Origin: Mobula hypostoma
Lineage: Eukaryota
Assembly (NCBI RefSeq): GCF_963921235.1
Contig: NC_086097.1
Span: forward strand, 152,708,001-152,772,000
Length of the DNA stretch: 64,000 bases
Direction: 5' to 3'
Shown: positions 1 through 11,780 of the stretch, in pieces
How positions within the stretch are numbered: position 1 is the first letter of the stretch
Layout of the letters: every line of letters starts with the position of its first letter
The notes under the pieces: model-generated
The model's input: only the letters and a program-made list of their open reading frames with translations
The model's database searches: none
What the model was told of the DNA's origin: nothing
Made by a program: the position numbers and the translations under genes

Positions 1-603
1 GGTGTCTGTAATGATTTTGCCTGTCTGCTTATTTGTCCTAGACACGTGTAAGTCTTGCAGTGATGGTAAACTACACCCAACGACTACAAGTCTATGCAGA
101 GTGAAGTCACCAAAGATCAAGTTAATGTAGAGTGATCAATGTTAGTGATTAAATACTCCAAGACAGTTAAAGGTATAGGAAAAATGCTAGAGGAGATGGT
201 AACCCATATAAAGTAGGATGGAGAAAAGGCAACAGCAAGAAAGGAGCTTAATTTTGCAATCTAAGTGCAGTCAGAGGTTTTGAGCTTAAATAAAAGACAG
301 TGAAAGATAAAACCATCTGTGTAGGTTATATATTTGGCCCTGAAATAATAATGAGAATGTAGAACACAGTATAATGCAATAAATTATAGCCACGTGTAAC
401 AGGGGCTTTCAATAACCATGGGCAAATTTAAATTATTGCTGCATGAACACTATGTAACAATGTGGAGGACAAATTCATGGTGTGTTTGTGATGATCAGCA
501 TGTTCAGAAAGCACCTAGAGAAACAAACTGTTTTGTACGTAGCAACACACATAAAAGTTGCTGGTGAACGCAGCAGGCCAGGCAGCATCTCTAGGAAGAG
601 GTG

Positions 604-641
604 CAGTCGACGTTTCAGGCCGAGACCCTTCGTCAGGACTA
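604..641 (-). ncRNA. Minimal type I hammerhead ribozyme motif (PLE-associated)
   Basis: Minus strand reads TAGTC CTGACGA AGGGTCTCGGCCT GAAA CG TC GACTG: complete core, stem I TAGTC/GACTG, stem II hairpin, palindromic ACGT stem III, GUC triplet. Confidence 0.8.
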
Positions 642-932
642 ACTGAAGGAAGAGTGAGTAAGGGATTTGAAAGTTGGAGGGGGAGGGGGAGATCCAAAAT
701 GATAGGAGAAGACAGGAGGGGGAGGGATGGAGCCAAGAACTGGACAGGTGATAGGCAAAAGGGATATGAGAGGATCATGGGACAGGAGGTCCGGGAAGAA
801 AGACAAGGGGGGGGGACCCAGAGGATGGGCAAGGGGTATATTCAGAGGGACAGAGGGAGAAAAAGGAGAGTGAGCGAAAGAATGTGTGTATAAAAATAAG
901 TAACAGATGGGGTACAAGGGGGAGGTGGGGCA

Positions 933-1195
933 TTAGCGGAAGTTAGAGAAGTCGATGTTCATGCCATCAGGTTGGAGGCTACCCAGACGGAATATAAGGT
1001 GTTGATCCTCCAACCTGAGTGTGGCTTCATCTTTACAGTAGAGGAGGCCGTGGATAGACCTATCAGAATGGGAATGGGATGTGGAATTAAAATGTGTGGC
1101 CACTGGGAGATCCTGCTTTCTCTGGCGGACAGAGCGTAGATGTTCAGCAAAGCGGTCTCCCAGTCTGCATCGGGTCTCGCCAATATATAAAAGGC
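933..1195 (-). pseudogene. PLE GIY-YIG endonuclease C-terminal fragment (inverted arm)
   Basis: LLYIGETRCRLGDRFAEH...HF...LGSLQPDGMNIDFSNFR; 5 amino-acid differences from the plus-strand arm. Confidence 0.85.
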
Positions 1196-1247
1196 TTACA
1201 CGGATAAGTGCTGGAGGGAGATCAGTGGGGAGGGATGGGGTGGACGA

Positions 1248-1639
1248 AGTGGTACACATGCCCTTACTCTTCCTCCCTTACCACCATTCAGGGCCCCAAA
1301 CAGTCCTTCCAGGTGAGGCAACACTTCACCTGTGAGTCGGCTGGGGTGATATACTGCGTCCGGTGCTCCCGATGTGGCCTTTTATATATTGGCGAGACCC
1401 GACGCAGACTGGGAGACCGCTTTGCTGAACATCTACGCTCTGTCCACCAGAGAAAGCAGGATCTCCCAGTGGCCACACATTTTAATTCCACATCCCATTC
1501 CCATTCTGACATGTCTATCCACAGCCTCCTCTACTGTAAAGATGAAGCCACACTCAGGTTGGAGGAACAACACCTTATATTCCGTCTGGGAAGCCTCCAA
1601 CCTGATGGCATGAACATCGACTTCTCTAACTTCCGCTAA
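1248..1639 (+). pseudogene. PLE GIY-YIG endonuclease domain fragment; RT absent
   Basis: YTCPY...FTCESAGVIYCVRCSRCGLLYIGETRRRLGDRFAEH...VATHF...EEQHLIFRLGSLQPDGMN: VIY/YIG motif with Cys/His residues typical of PLE endonucleases. Confidence 0.9.
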
Positions 1640-1932
1640 TGCCCCACCTCCCCCTCGTACCCCATCTGTTACTTATTTTTATACACACATTCTTTCTCTC
1701 ACTCTCCTTTTTCTCCCTCTGTCCCTCTGAATATACCCCTTGCCCATCCTCTGGGTCCCCCCTCCCCTTGTCTTTCTTCCTGGACCTCCTGTCCCATGAT
1801 CCTCTCGTATCCCTTTTGCCTATCACCTGTCCAGCTCCTGGCTCCACCCTTCCCCCTCCTGCCTTCTCCTATCATTTTGGATCTCCCCCTCCCCCTCCAA
1901 CTTTCAAATCCCTTACTCAGTCTTCCTTCAGT

Positions 1933-1970
1933 TAGTCCTGACGAAGGGTCTCGGCCTGAAACGTCGACTG
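1933..1970 (+). ncRNA. Minimal type I hammerhead ribozyme motif (PLE-associated)
   Basis: TAGTC(1933-37) CTGACGA(1938-44) AGGGTCTCGGCCT GAAA(1958-61) CG TC GACTG(1966-70). Predicted cleavage after C1965. Confidence 0.82.
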
Positions 1971-2529
1971 CACCTTTTCCTAGGGATGCTGCCTGGCCTG
2001 CTGCGTTCACCAGCAACTTTTACGTGTGTTGCTTGAATTTCCAGCATCTGCAGAATTCCGGTTGTTTTGTACGTAGAATTATATAATGAAAAATGGTCAA
2101 TAATCTGGTCTCCCAAGATGCCTTTAGAGAATAGTGATCATTATATGCTTGAAAATTTAGACAACGATTTAGAGTGATTTAGTTCAATCTGAAAACAGTG
2201 TCTTAAATTTAAACAAATCTATGAGGCATGAGATGACTGTTGTAGTCTGGGAATCGACATCAAAAGAAATAGCAATGGCAATGAATAAATAGCTAACATT
2301 AGAAGATTCAATATATAGTTTACAGAAGATGTACATCCCTTCATATAATGAAAAAATTGTTCACCCTTGGATAACAGAGAAGCTACAGGATGAATCACAT
2401 TAAGGAAACAAGTCTTAATACTACTAAAAGAGAAAAAAGTTGGGAAGAAAAACAAACACTATTTTCAAAGGGAACTAAGAAATTGATAAAGAAGGGGAAA
2501 GTAGAAAATAAGAGTTATCTTGTGAGAAA

Positions 2530-2736
2530 CTTCAGTAAGTATATTACAATTTATGGACATACAATCAATCTTTGTATATAAGCTATCTTATATTTAATAT
2601 TGTATTTATTGTGTTTTTTAATATTATTGTGTTCTTTTTTTTTATGCTGCGTTCGATCCGGTGTAACAATTATTCTGTTGTTCTTTACACTTGTGTACTG
2701 AAAATTACATTAACAATCTTGAATCTTGAACCTTGA
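2530..2736 (+). mobile_element. LINE 3' UTR fragment, probably Rex1/Babar type
   Basis: T-rich UTR ending in a (CTTGAAT/C)n short-repeat tail; interrupts the old CR1. Confidence 0.5.
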
Positions 2737-3529
2737 AAAGAAAAGGTTTGGGTAATGTTAACAAGGAAGGAGAAATATTGGAACGTAAAGAAATGACAGA
2801 AATGTTAAGTGAATATTTTGTGTCCATCTTCATGAAAGAAATCAAGGGAAAATTCCAGGAATAATGAAGAGCTATAAGCCTAGATGCATAAATTATTGAA
2901 CAAATCATAAATAGGGTAAGTCTGCAGATGCTAAAAATAAAATCACTTCCTTGATAGTTGCTATACACTGAAGTGACCTGTGCCCCAAGATAGAAGGTAA
3001 AAGTAGGAATGAAGATAATGGATTTCATTTTGTGAAATTACATAGACCTGAGAACAATTTTAACTGATTATGACAATGCAAATTTAGGAGTACTGCTGAA
3101 GAAAAGAGGGACAGCAAAATACAGCAAACCTCAGACCAGTTAGCCTGACGTCAACATTAGAGAAAATCATTGAAGAGAGCATTGGCAGGGAATTAAAAAC
3201 AAATTACCTGATTTGGTGGGGTAGACATGAATATAGAAAAAGAAAGGGAATTTTATTTTAGCTTTTGTAACTTCAAGAATTAAGGGCAAAACAATGAAAA
3301 TGGTACATTCATATTTTCAGAAGTCCTTCAATTAGAAGCTGCACAAGAGATTATTAAACAAAATTAGGGCATAATGGATTGTGAAAAGCAACTGATGTGG
3401 ATTGAATATTTGTTATTGGATGGTACAAAGTGCAAGAATAAAGTGGTATTGATATATTTTTTGGCTTGGGGGACTGCAGAACAGAGTGCAGCAGCAAATG
3501 GTACATAACACGAGAGCATAGCTCATTGA

Positions 3530-4095
3530 AAACTATTTGACAGAGTGGTGAAGAAGCTATATGGCATGCTGGCCTTCATCAATCAGGGCAATGAGTGTCG
3601 GAGCTGTACAAGGCACTGTTGGAGTATTGTCTGTAGTTTTCGTTGCCCAATTATAGGTAAAAATGTCTAAACTGGAAAGAATACAGAGAAAATGGATGCT
3701 GCTAGGGCTTGAGGGCTTAAGTCATGGGGAGAGAAAGAGCAGCCTAGGATTTTGCTCCTTGAAAGATAGGAGATTGAAGGGTGACCTTGTCAAGTCACAT
3801 AAAATCATGAGAGGCATAGATAGAATGGATGTACATAGTCTTTTGCCAGAGAAGTGGAACTAAAATCTAGAGGACGTATGGTAAGAATTGAAAGATTTAA
3901 AAGGGATGCAAGACGCAATTTCTTCACGCAGAAGCTGGAATGATCTGCAGAGAAAGTGGTTGAGGAAGGTGCAGTAACAACATTCAAAAGACATTTAGTT
4001 AAGTATATTAATAGGAGAGGTTTAGAGGATTATGAGCAGATAAGATTAGCTTAGTGGGTACCATAGTTGTCTATGCTGTGTTAGTCTGTGACTTT
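3530..4095 (+). mobile_element. CR1 LINE 3' fragment
   Basis: ORF 3663-3863 (LERIQRK...GLEGLSHGER...RRLKGDL...KIMRGIDR) matches the CR1 ORF2 C-terminus. Confidence 0.8.
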
Positions 4096-4343
4096 AATTG
4101 GTGCTATGGCCAGCTATTCACAACTTATTTCAAAGTTCTTCACATGCAGATCAAATGTAACATACCCGAGTTTGCTAAGTATGCAAAGCTGAATAGCACC
4201 ATGGGTTGTGAGGAGGGTATAAAGAGACTTCTAAGGATATAGAACTGGGATAGATATGGTAGATGAAGTATCACGTGGAAAAATATAACATCATCCTGTC
4301 TGATGCATCAAATAAAATACAGGTATTTTTTAATACATAAGAT

Positions 4344-4851
4344 ACCTAATAAAGTGGCCACTGAATGTATGCTCGTGGTCTCCTGCTGGTGTAGCCCATC
4401 CACTTCAAGGTCTGACAAGCTGTGCATTTAGAGATGTTGCTCTGCACACCGCTATTATGATATGTGCTTACTTGAGCTACTGTCATCTTCCCGTCAGCTT
4501 GAACCAGCCTGGACATTCTCCTCTGACCTCTCTCATCAACAGGACATTATTGTCCACAGAACTATTGCTAACTGGATGCTGTTGCCTTTCACACCATTCT
4601 CTAAAATCTCTAGAGAGTGCTGTGCTTGAAAATCCCAGAACAGCAGTTTCTGAGATACTCAAATCACACCAATAATCATTCAATGGTCAAAGTTACATAA
4701 ATTACATTTCTTCCCTATTCCGACTTCTGAACCTCTTGACCATGTCTGCATACTTCTATGCATTGAGTTGCTGCCACATGATTCACTGATTAGATATTTG
4801 CATTAATGATCACGTGTACAGGTGTATCTTAAAACGTGGCCACTGAGTGTA
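4344..4851 (-). mobile_element. Tc1/mariner non-autonomous derivative with transposase N-terminal HTH remnant
   Basis: Minus-strand terminal sequence TACACTCAGTGGCCAC... at 4851 and again at 4369. ORF 4483-4683 contains LSISETAVLGFSSTALSRDFREW, Tc1 paired-like HTH. Confidence 0.75.
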
Positions 4852-5194
4852 TATATGGTGTAAGACTGAAAGAATTCGCTTCAGATGGATGTGTGTGACC
4901 TTATACAATGGGGATAGAGTTGCCATGTCAAGTATTTTAAGATGGTAAATATTAAAAGAGATTCACACAGATATTGTGAGTACAAAGGCAGTTGCAAGGT
5001 GTTTTGTCCATCATTCTCAAGTAAATAATATTCATGGAGAGCTGGAATTGTCAAAATTGCAGAAGCAAGAGAGGGAAAGTTTCTTTACAGACATGGTAAT
5101 GATCAACAGATCGGTAATTGTGATAAGGGACTCACAACTATTCAATTCTCATAGATAATCATTGGAAATTCTTTAAGGTGAGATCTGCTCTGTC

Positions 5195-5895
5195 ATGTAC
5201 ATGAGTGGACGGCTATGTGCGGAGCCAAAAGAGATGGGGGCGATTTTGAACAATTTCTTTTCTTTGGTATTCACTAAGGAGAAGGATATTGAATTGTGTA
5301 AGGTAAGGGAAACAAGTAGGATAGTTATGGAAACTATGATGATTAAAGAAGAGGAAGTACTGGCACTTCTAGGGAATATAAAAGTGGATAAGTCTCCAGG
5401 TCCAGACGGGATATTCCCTAGGACCTTGAGGGAAGTTAGTGTGGAAATAGCAGGAACACTGACAGAAATATTTCAAATGTCATTAGAAACGGGATGGTGC
5501 CGGAGGATTGGCATATTGTTCATGTTGTTCCATTGTTTAAAAAGGGTTCTCTTTTAGTATATTTTCTTTTCTTGCTGGTGGTTTGATGTTTATTTTTAGA
5601 AGCTTTTTGTATGACGCATGGCTCCGGGATTGTACACCTAATGGGTTCTCTTTTTTTTCTCACTTTCCTGCTTAGTAGGTTTTTTTTTGTTATCACAAAA
5701 TTTTGTTTTCAATGTTTAAGATGATGGTTTTTTTTTGAGGCATTGTAAGTGTTGTTACTTCGATGTACTCATGTTATTTTTCCTATATACATACAATAAA
5801 AGAATTTGAAAAGAAAGAAAGAAAAGAAAAAGGGTTCTCAGAGTAGAAGAGCCGTGATGGCCTGTTTCCATGCTGTAATTGTTATATGATTATAT
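5195..5895 (+). mobile_element. CR1 LINE fragment with large internal deletion
   Basis: ORF 5195-5557 (LNNFFSLVFTKE...KVDKSPGPDGIFPRTLRE). After the nested insertion the sequence jumps to the CR1 3' terminal motif GGCCTGTTTCCATGCTGTA (~5859). Confidence 0.8.
5552..5826 (+). mobile_element. 5'-truncated L1/Tx1-like retroposon 3' UTR with A-rich tail
   Basis: T-rich body, AATAAA, (GAAA)n tail; TSD AAAAAGGGTTCTC at 5539-5551 and 5827-5839; TT/AAAA target. Confidence 0.65.
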
Positions 5896-7064
5896 ATGTA
5901 CACGTATTATTGAAGAACTGAGATGTGTTGTGTTATCAAAAGACCTGATCTCAGATAATGGTCCTATTTGATTGCTTTATGAGGCAAAGTGTTATTAAGC
6001 AGGATTCTTGTTCACTATAAGATCCACTGTCAAAAGGCATGGCTGAGAGATTAGTGAGAAATATTAATGCACAGAAGAAACGGGTATCATGGGGATGCTT
6101 GGTCTATTATTGAGTCATGGATAGAATGACATTTTGCTGTAGTGGAAAACAATACCATATTGTGTATCAGAATCTTCTCTCATTTACTGTCTAAAATAAT
6201 GGATTATTTCTTGTCACCAAAGGTCCATGCGATCCTTGTTTCTGCACTACAAGGACAAGGTTTATGTACCTAGGAAATGGTTCTTATTATGATTCTCCTC
6301 AGTGCCAAATGATTATATAATATGATTGAGCTTAATTCAAGCCAAATCTTGAGGGGACAGGGGAAACAAATCGAATTGGGATAAAGCAATGGTTTTGACA
6401 CAAGTAATGAAGATTAACTTTATAACCAACATGAATGTTTGAACGTTATCAATTTTTAACAAATCTGACATTCAGGAGGAGATGTTGTAGTGATAGTTGA
6501 AGTGGTATAAATGAGTATCTTGTAAAAATAAAAGACCTGAACTGGAAGAACAAACTGTACATGAATCATTTAATTCCTCTGACCATAACAAGAAAATATT
6601 GATGAGATTTGTGATCATGAATGTACTGTATCTACACTTGGAATCAAAGAAAATTGTAAAAGAAATTAAATGGAATTTTACTGAATTAAACCAAAAATTG
6701 ACAATATGCTCAGGTCAGGAAGTGAAAACAATCCCAAAGGAATAAGCGCCTTTGAGAATATCAAAGACACTCAGAAAACCTGGTGAAATATGTCAATAAT
6801 GCAAGTATGCAAATATATGAACCATATTTTCAAAAAGAGGAGAAACTAGTTCAGTTTACGTAAAAATATAACATGTGCAAGTTAGTTGGAGAATTGAATC
6901 ATCAAATTGCAAATGTTCTCTGTGCAGTTCACCAATGCCCCTTAGTGATTTCTTTTATTCTTGGCAAAGCATATCATTAGAATAAGGACCTGCATATCCA
7001 CTACAGTTAACATATTTAGAAGCTTTTGGATATACTTTACTCAGGGTTCTAGGATAGCAGGAAT

Positions 7065-7385
7065 AGAAACAGAAAATGCTTGAAATGCTCAGTAGGTCAA
7101 GCCCACTAACTAGTCCCTTTCTGCCTACACAAGTTCATATCTCTGCATATGCTCTTAAATGCCTCTATCTTATTTGTCTCCACTACCACACCATGCAGCA
7201 CATTCCAGGCATCCACAACTTTGTAAAATAATTTTACCCCTATTAAATGCATGCTTATAGTACTAGTCTGGGAAAAAAAGATGCTGGCCGCCTACCATAT
7301 AAGTGACCCTCATAATCTTATAAACTTATTTCAGAGAAGAGAAACAGTCAATATTTCAGGTTGAAGACCCTTCACCAGAACTAGG
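7065..7385 (-). mobile_element. Old PLE 3' tail remnant with decayed hammerhead, interrupted by a CR1 fragment
   Basis: Minus strand at ~7345-7382 reads AGTT CTGGTGA AGGGTCTTCAACCT GAAA TATT GACTG; tail motif AAATGCT...CTCAGTAGGTCA at ~7075-7100. Confidence 0.5.
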
Positions 7386-9204
7386 AATGAAAGAAACTAC
7401 ATTTGTTAAGCCCTAGGAAGAGTGCAGGATGGAATGTCTCTGATAGGGTTAAAACAGAAGGGATGATGGGGGTATGAAATAAACAGAGTTAACTAGCTAA
7501 TGAGTAATTGGGAGCATTAAGTGAGTGAGGACAAAGACCAAAGAATGTAGGAGTCTCAAAATGCAGAAAATGGAGACATTTGTGGTAGGTTGAGAACGTC
7601 CTCCACTTCCAGAGGAAAAAGAAAAGCAGGAAAACAAACAGAGAAAAGATCACATATGGATGATTGATACAGACAGAGAAATTAAGTTATAGATTTTAAT
7701 ATTCAGTCCAGAAGATTGAAATGTACCCAGAAGGAAAATGAGGTGATATTCCCCAAATGTGTTGAGCCTCATCATTTTTATTATGGATTACTAGCATCTG
7801 CGGTTTAACTTTGCTGAGGCTGCAGATTCTTTTTAAGCTTCAGCAGTGCTGCAACAATAAGGTTTGGATTTCTTAGATATGAACACACATAGCATGACTC
7901 ACACCTTTCATCACAGTGTAACTTTCCAGTCACCTCTACTGCATCCTCAAAGCTGTGGCGGTGTGAACAAGGCAAACAAAGAACAATCACACTTGCAGTC
8001 CTCCAATTCTCAGGCATGAAAGTTCTAAAACATCTAATTGCATAAGGGCTCATGATGGAATTTTTTTCTGATTTGACCTGCAGAATCTGAGTTGCCAGAG
8101 CCTTGGTAACTTACCTAGCTCACCTTAAAAAAAAAGACTGGCATTACCTTAATAACTACCATTAATTAATCACTAGTTGAATCACATTACTTAAAATGTC
8201 ATTCAAATTAGTTATAATTTAAAATGGAATATATTATAAAGCTTATATAGAAAATTAATCACCAGAGATTACAGGTCAATTATGATAAATCATTTTAAAT
8301 GAATATTATATTACTTGGAACTAATGAGATTTTTAATTAAGTGATAAACAATACGAAGGGGCTTACCTTGTGTGCTCTCTGTTTGTGTGCTTTGATTCAG
8401 TTTGTGTTTTCAGTCTGGTTTTACTTCACAATACAGATACACTTCATCATATCTCATTATCTTCCCTGGTTATCATTAATGTAACATTTTATCGTGTTAG
8501 CATGTTCAGCCTTTCTATTGCATCATGTTGTATATATTCTGTCTCTGTCCTCTGCTTCTGAAGGTGCTGTTTTTCAGAGAGGAGTAAGTCCTTTTCAATA
8601 AAAGCTTGCAATAATCATGTTCTCATTTTTTTTATATTCACTTTAACCAAATGGATCGTTTTACTGGGTATTCCCTGATGGTCACTATTCAATAACTTGC
8701 CAATGTAGCGTTTTTGACTTTTTTACACTGAGAGGTAAGGGCCTATGTCACTTGGTGGATAATACTGATGAACTTATTGTCCTTCATTAAGCACAGAAAC
8801 AAGTGGGATATTTCTTTACTTCAGCAGAGATGATTTTTTTCCCCCTTTGTTCCTGATATTTGATTTGCACAGCAAACGAAAGTCAAGTCCTATGTCCAGG
8901 CTCACAGTTTAAGGAGAATAATTGACTGGATGGATTAAGTTATGCAGGATCACCAAACCTTGGTTATAAATGACATTGGATTGTGGGGTAAAACCCTCTG
9001 CCAGGTAATAGTAATATTATTCCTTGGTTGCATAGTCTAGGATTTGACTCACTGGAAGAGAGAACCTGATAACCATCACATTTGCTAGAATCATCTTGCA
9101 TCTGTATGCCTTGGAATTTTTATAGAATGAGATGTGACATTATTCCAACTTTTCATATCCCAGGAAGGCTTGACAGGGCAGATGTTGAGATGTCTTACTC
9201 ATGG

Positions 9205-9345
9205 AAGAGTCACCACAACAACAACCTTTCATTCAATGTTAGTAAGACCAAGGAGTTGATTATTGTCTTCAGGAGGAGGAAACCAGAGTTCCATGAGCCA
9301 GTCCTCATCGGGCAAACAGAAGTGGAGAGTATCATCAATTTTAAT
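9205..9345 (+). mobile_element. Rex1/Babar LINE RT fragment
   Basis: NNLSFNVSKTKELIIVFRR motif. Confidence 0.7.
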
Positions 9346-9960
9346 GATTTTTCAGAGGGAAATATATCATCATATCCATTTTAATCTAGCACTCCCTCTG
9401 ACATGGGCCTTTGCGTTGTACAGTATGGATCTTTTGAACTTCACTGTCTGCATCCACTTCTCCACTTATATAAAAATGTGAGTTCTTTCCTCCCACACCA
9501 AGTTCCCCAGATCTACCACACATTCTCTTTATCTCGGTATTTCCTTGGTCTCTGGATTTTCATTTTATTCTTCTTTCCCTGTATCATGTGCATGTTGAAC
9601 ATAGCTCACTGTATATCATCCATGCATCCATGGGTTTAAAGTCCTACCCCAAAGCTCAGAAATTTAGTCTGTCCCTCTAATCTATTCCTGACACACATGC
9701 TATTAGAACAACTTCCTATTGATGTTTTTCTTCCCCCCCCCCGTTCAGATGTAAAACAAATTAATCACCCCTCCTTTTCCAGTGCACATGTTTGAAAAAT
9801 CTGCAGCAGTGATGCTATTATATTGGAAATAAAGTTCTGCAGATGCAGAAGTCTGAATTAAAATAAAAAAAAATAATGATACACTTGGTCTATTGGGCAA
9901 CATCTATGTAGAGAGAAGTTTTTGGGTTCCTTTACCTTTGTAATTTGAGTTAATATTTCG

Positions 9961-11780
9961 AAGGTTTCAAGGGTACAATTTAACATCACAGAAGGCAAAG
10001 AGTAGTTGTAGACATGTCAGATTCTGCATGGAGGACAGTGACCAATGGTGTGCCTCAGGGAACTGTCCCAGGACCCCTTCTCTTCATGATTTTTATAAAT
10101 GACATGGATGAGGAAGTGGAGGGATGGGTTAGTAAATTTGCTGACGACACAAATGTTGGGGGTGTTGTGGATAGTTCTGAGGGCTGTCAGAGGTTACAGT
10201 GGGACATCAATAAGATGCAAAACTGTGCTGTGAAGTGGTAGATGGAGTTCAATCCAGATAAATGTGAGGTGGTTCTTTTTCATAGGTCAAATATGATGGC
10301 AGAATATAGTATTAATGGTAAGACTCTTGGCAGTGTGGAGGATCAGAGGGATCTTGCTGTCCGAGTCCAAACCTTGAGTGTCTTGCGGACACTCAAAGCT
10401 GCTGCACAGGTTGACTCTGTGGTTAAGAAGGCATACGGTGCATTGGCCTTCATCAACTGTGGGATTGAGTTTAAGAGCTGGGAGGTAATGTTACAGCTTT
10501 ATAGGACCCTGGTCAGACCCCATTTGGAGTACTGTGCTCAGTTCCGGTCACTTCACTACAAGAAGGATGTGGAAACTATAGAAAGGGTGGAAAGGAAGTT
10601 TACAAGGATGTTGCCTGGATTGGGGAGCATGCCTTATGAGAATGGGTTGAGTGAACTCAGCCTTTTCTCCTTGGAGCGGTGGAGGATGAGAGGTGATCTG
10701 ATAGAGGTGTTTAAGATGATGAGAGGCATTGATCGTGTGGATAGTCAGAGGCTTTATCCCAGGGCTGAAATGGCTAACATGAGAGGGCAGTTTTAAGGTG
10801 CTTGGAAGTAGGTACAGAGGAGATATCAGGGATAAGTTTTTTATGCAGAGAGTGATGAGTGCTTGAATTGGGCTTCCAGCAATGGTGGTGGAGGCAGATA
10901 CGATAGGGTCTTTTAAGAGACTCCTGGATAGGTACATGGAGCTTAGGAATATAGAGGGCATTGGGTAACCCTAGGTAATTTCTAAAGTAAGTACATGTTC
11001 GGCATGGCATTGCGGGCCAAAGGGCCTGTATCGTGTTGTGGGTTTTCTATGTTTCTATGTTTCTATGTCAGAGAAATGCATATAATATATTTCCTGAAAT
11101 TCTTTTTCTTAGCAATCATCCACGTAAGCAAAGGAGTGCCCCAAAGAATGAATGACAGTCAAATGTTAGAACCCCAAAGTACCCCCCCCAGCTCCCCCCT
11201 ATTGTGTGAAGTGGCAGCATGCAACAATCCCCCCTCCCCCACTGGCAAAAGAAAAGCATTGACACCCGCCACCCAACACTCAAGTGTGAGCAAAGCAACA
11301 GCAAAGACATAGACTTGCAGTTACTCCAAAGACCTCGCGTTTCACCCAGTATACGACATACCACAGGTTCTCTCTCTCTCCCTAATAAGGGAGAAAGAGA
11401 TGTCTCTGTTTTCCCAGCGAGCTGGGAGACATAACAAACAACTCACTGGTTTATGATGTTAAAAGTCCGCCACGTTGCTTTTTCAAGCTCTGTACCCAAA
11501 TAACTGAGCACACAACCGCAGATATTCAGACTCCCTCAACGACACACAGGTCTCCTGTTGTGACACCGACCTTCAATCCACCAGTCTCCAGAGCCCCGAG
11601 ATCCTAGGCTTCCAAATCCGAGCTGGTCCCTTAGGCCGAGTCCTTGGCATGCTGAACAACAACAGCCGGTTATGAAACCCCGAGAGCAGGTCCTATTCCT
11701 GCAAAGAACAATAGTCAGCATGTAACTCCAGGTCAGTGTCTTCAAAAGGACCCTGAAAGGGAAAAATAAATATATTATTC
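9961..11780 (-). mobile_element. Unclassified non-coding interspersed repeat (LINE-tail or SINE-like), split by a CR1 insertion
   Basis: 9961-9993 continues at ~11068 (near-duplicated TCAC/GAGAA). The minus-strand end has a LINE-like ...ATTGTACCCTTGAAACCTT tail. No coding potential. Confidence 0.45.
9994..11067 (+). mobile_element. CR1 (HER1-like) LINE, 5'-truncated, RT C-terminal half plus 3' UTR
   Basis: GVPQGTVPGPLLFMIFIND...SKFADDT, LVRPHLEYCAQF, MRGDLIEVFK; in-frame stop at 10241; (TTTCTATG)n tail at 11043-11067. Confidence 0.92.

Larger units (their letters stand above)
543..2062. mobile_element. Penelope-like element (GIY-YIG), 5'-truncated, inverted foldback configuration
   Basis: 543-1195 is the reverse complement of ~1377-2031. 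Both arms encode the GIY-YIG C-terminus followed by a pyrimidine-rich UTR. Flanked by direct repeat TGTTTTGTACGTAG at 529-542 and 2063-2076. Confidence 0.92.
1..4340 (+). mobile_element. Ancient, heavily degraded CR1-clade LINE ORF2 (APE endonuclease to RT), host to several younger insertions
   Basis: Decayed motifs in order: MGxFN (~418), SDH-like (~2135), RPVSLTS (~3135), FQKSF resembling DFQKAFD (~3315), IPEFAKYAKL resembling ISKFADDTKL (~4162). Many stops and frameshifts. Confidence 0.7.
4950..6100 (+). mobile_element. Very old Gypsy integrase remnant, split by a CR1 insertion
   Basis: DLISDNGP (~5943) and SKGMAERLVR (~6029) resemble the integrase core ISDNGPQF...SNGxAER. IHGELE...ERES (~5030) weakly resembles the Zn-binding region. 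Confidence 0.45.

Noticed and set aside
515..2086. Multiple 70-110-aa Pro- or Gly/Arg-rich ORFs in the PLE UTR
   Set aside because: By-products of low-complexity purine/pyrimidine-skewed UTR sequence duplicated in the inverted arms.
7805..8620. Minus-strand splice-like signals (AG/GTAAG at ~8366 and ~8114; CTGCAG acceptor ~8078) and an 82-codon ORF as host exons
   Set aside because: The frames I translated upstream of the 8366 donor hit stops, and the open ORF has no recognisable homology. Not supportable without RNA-seq.
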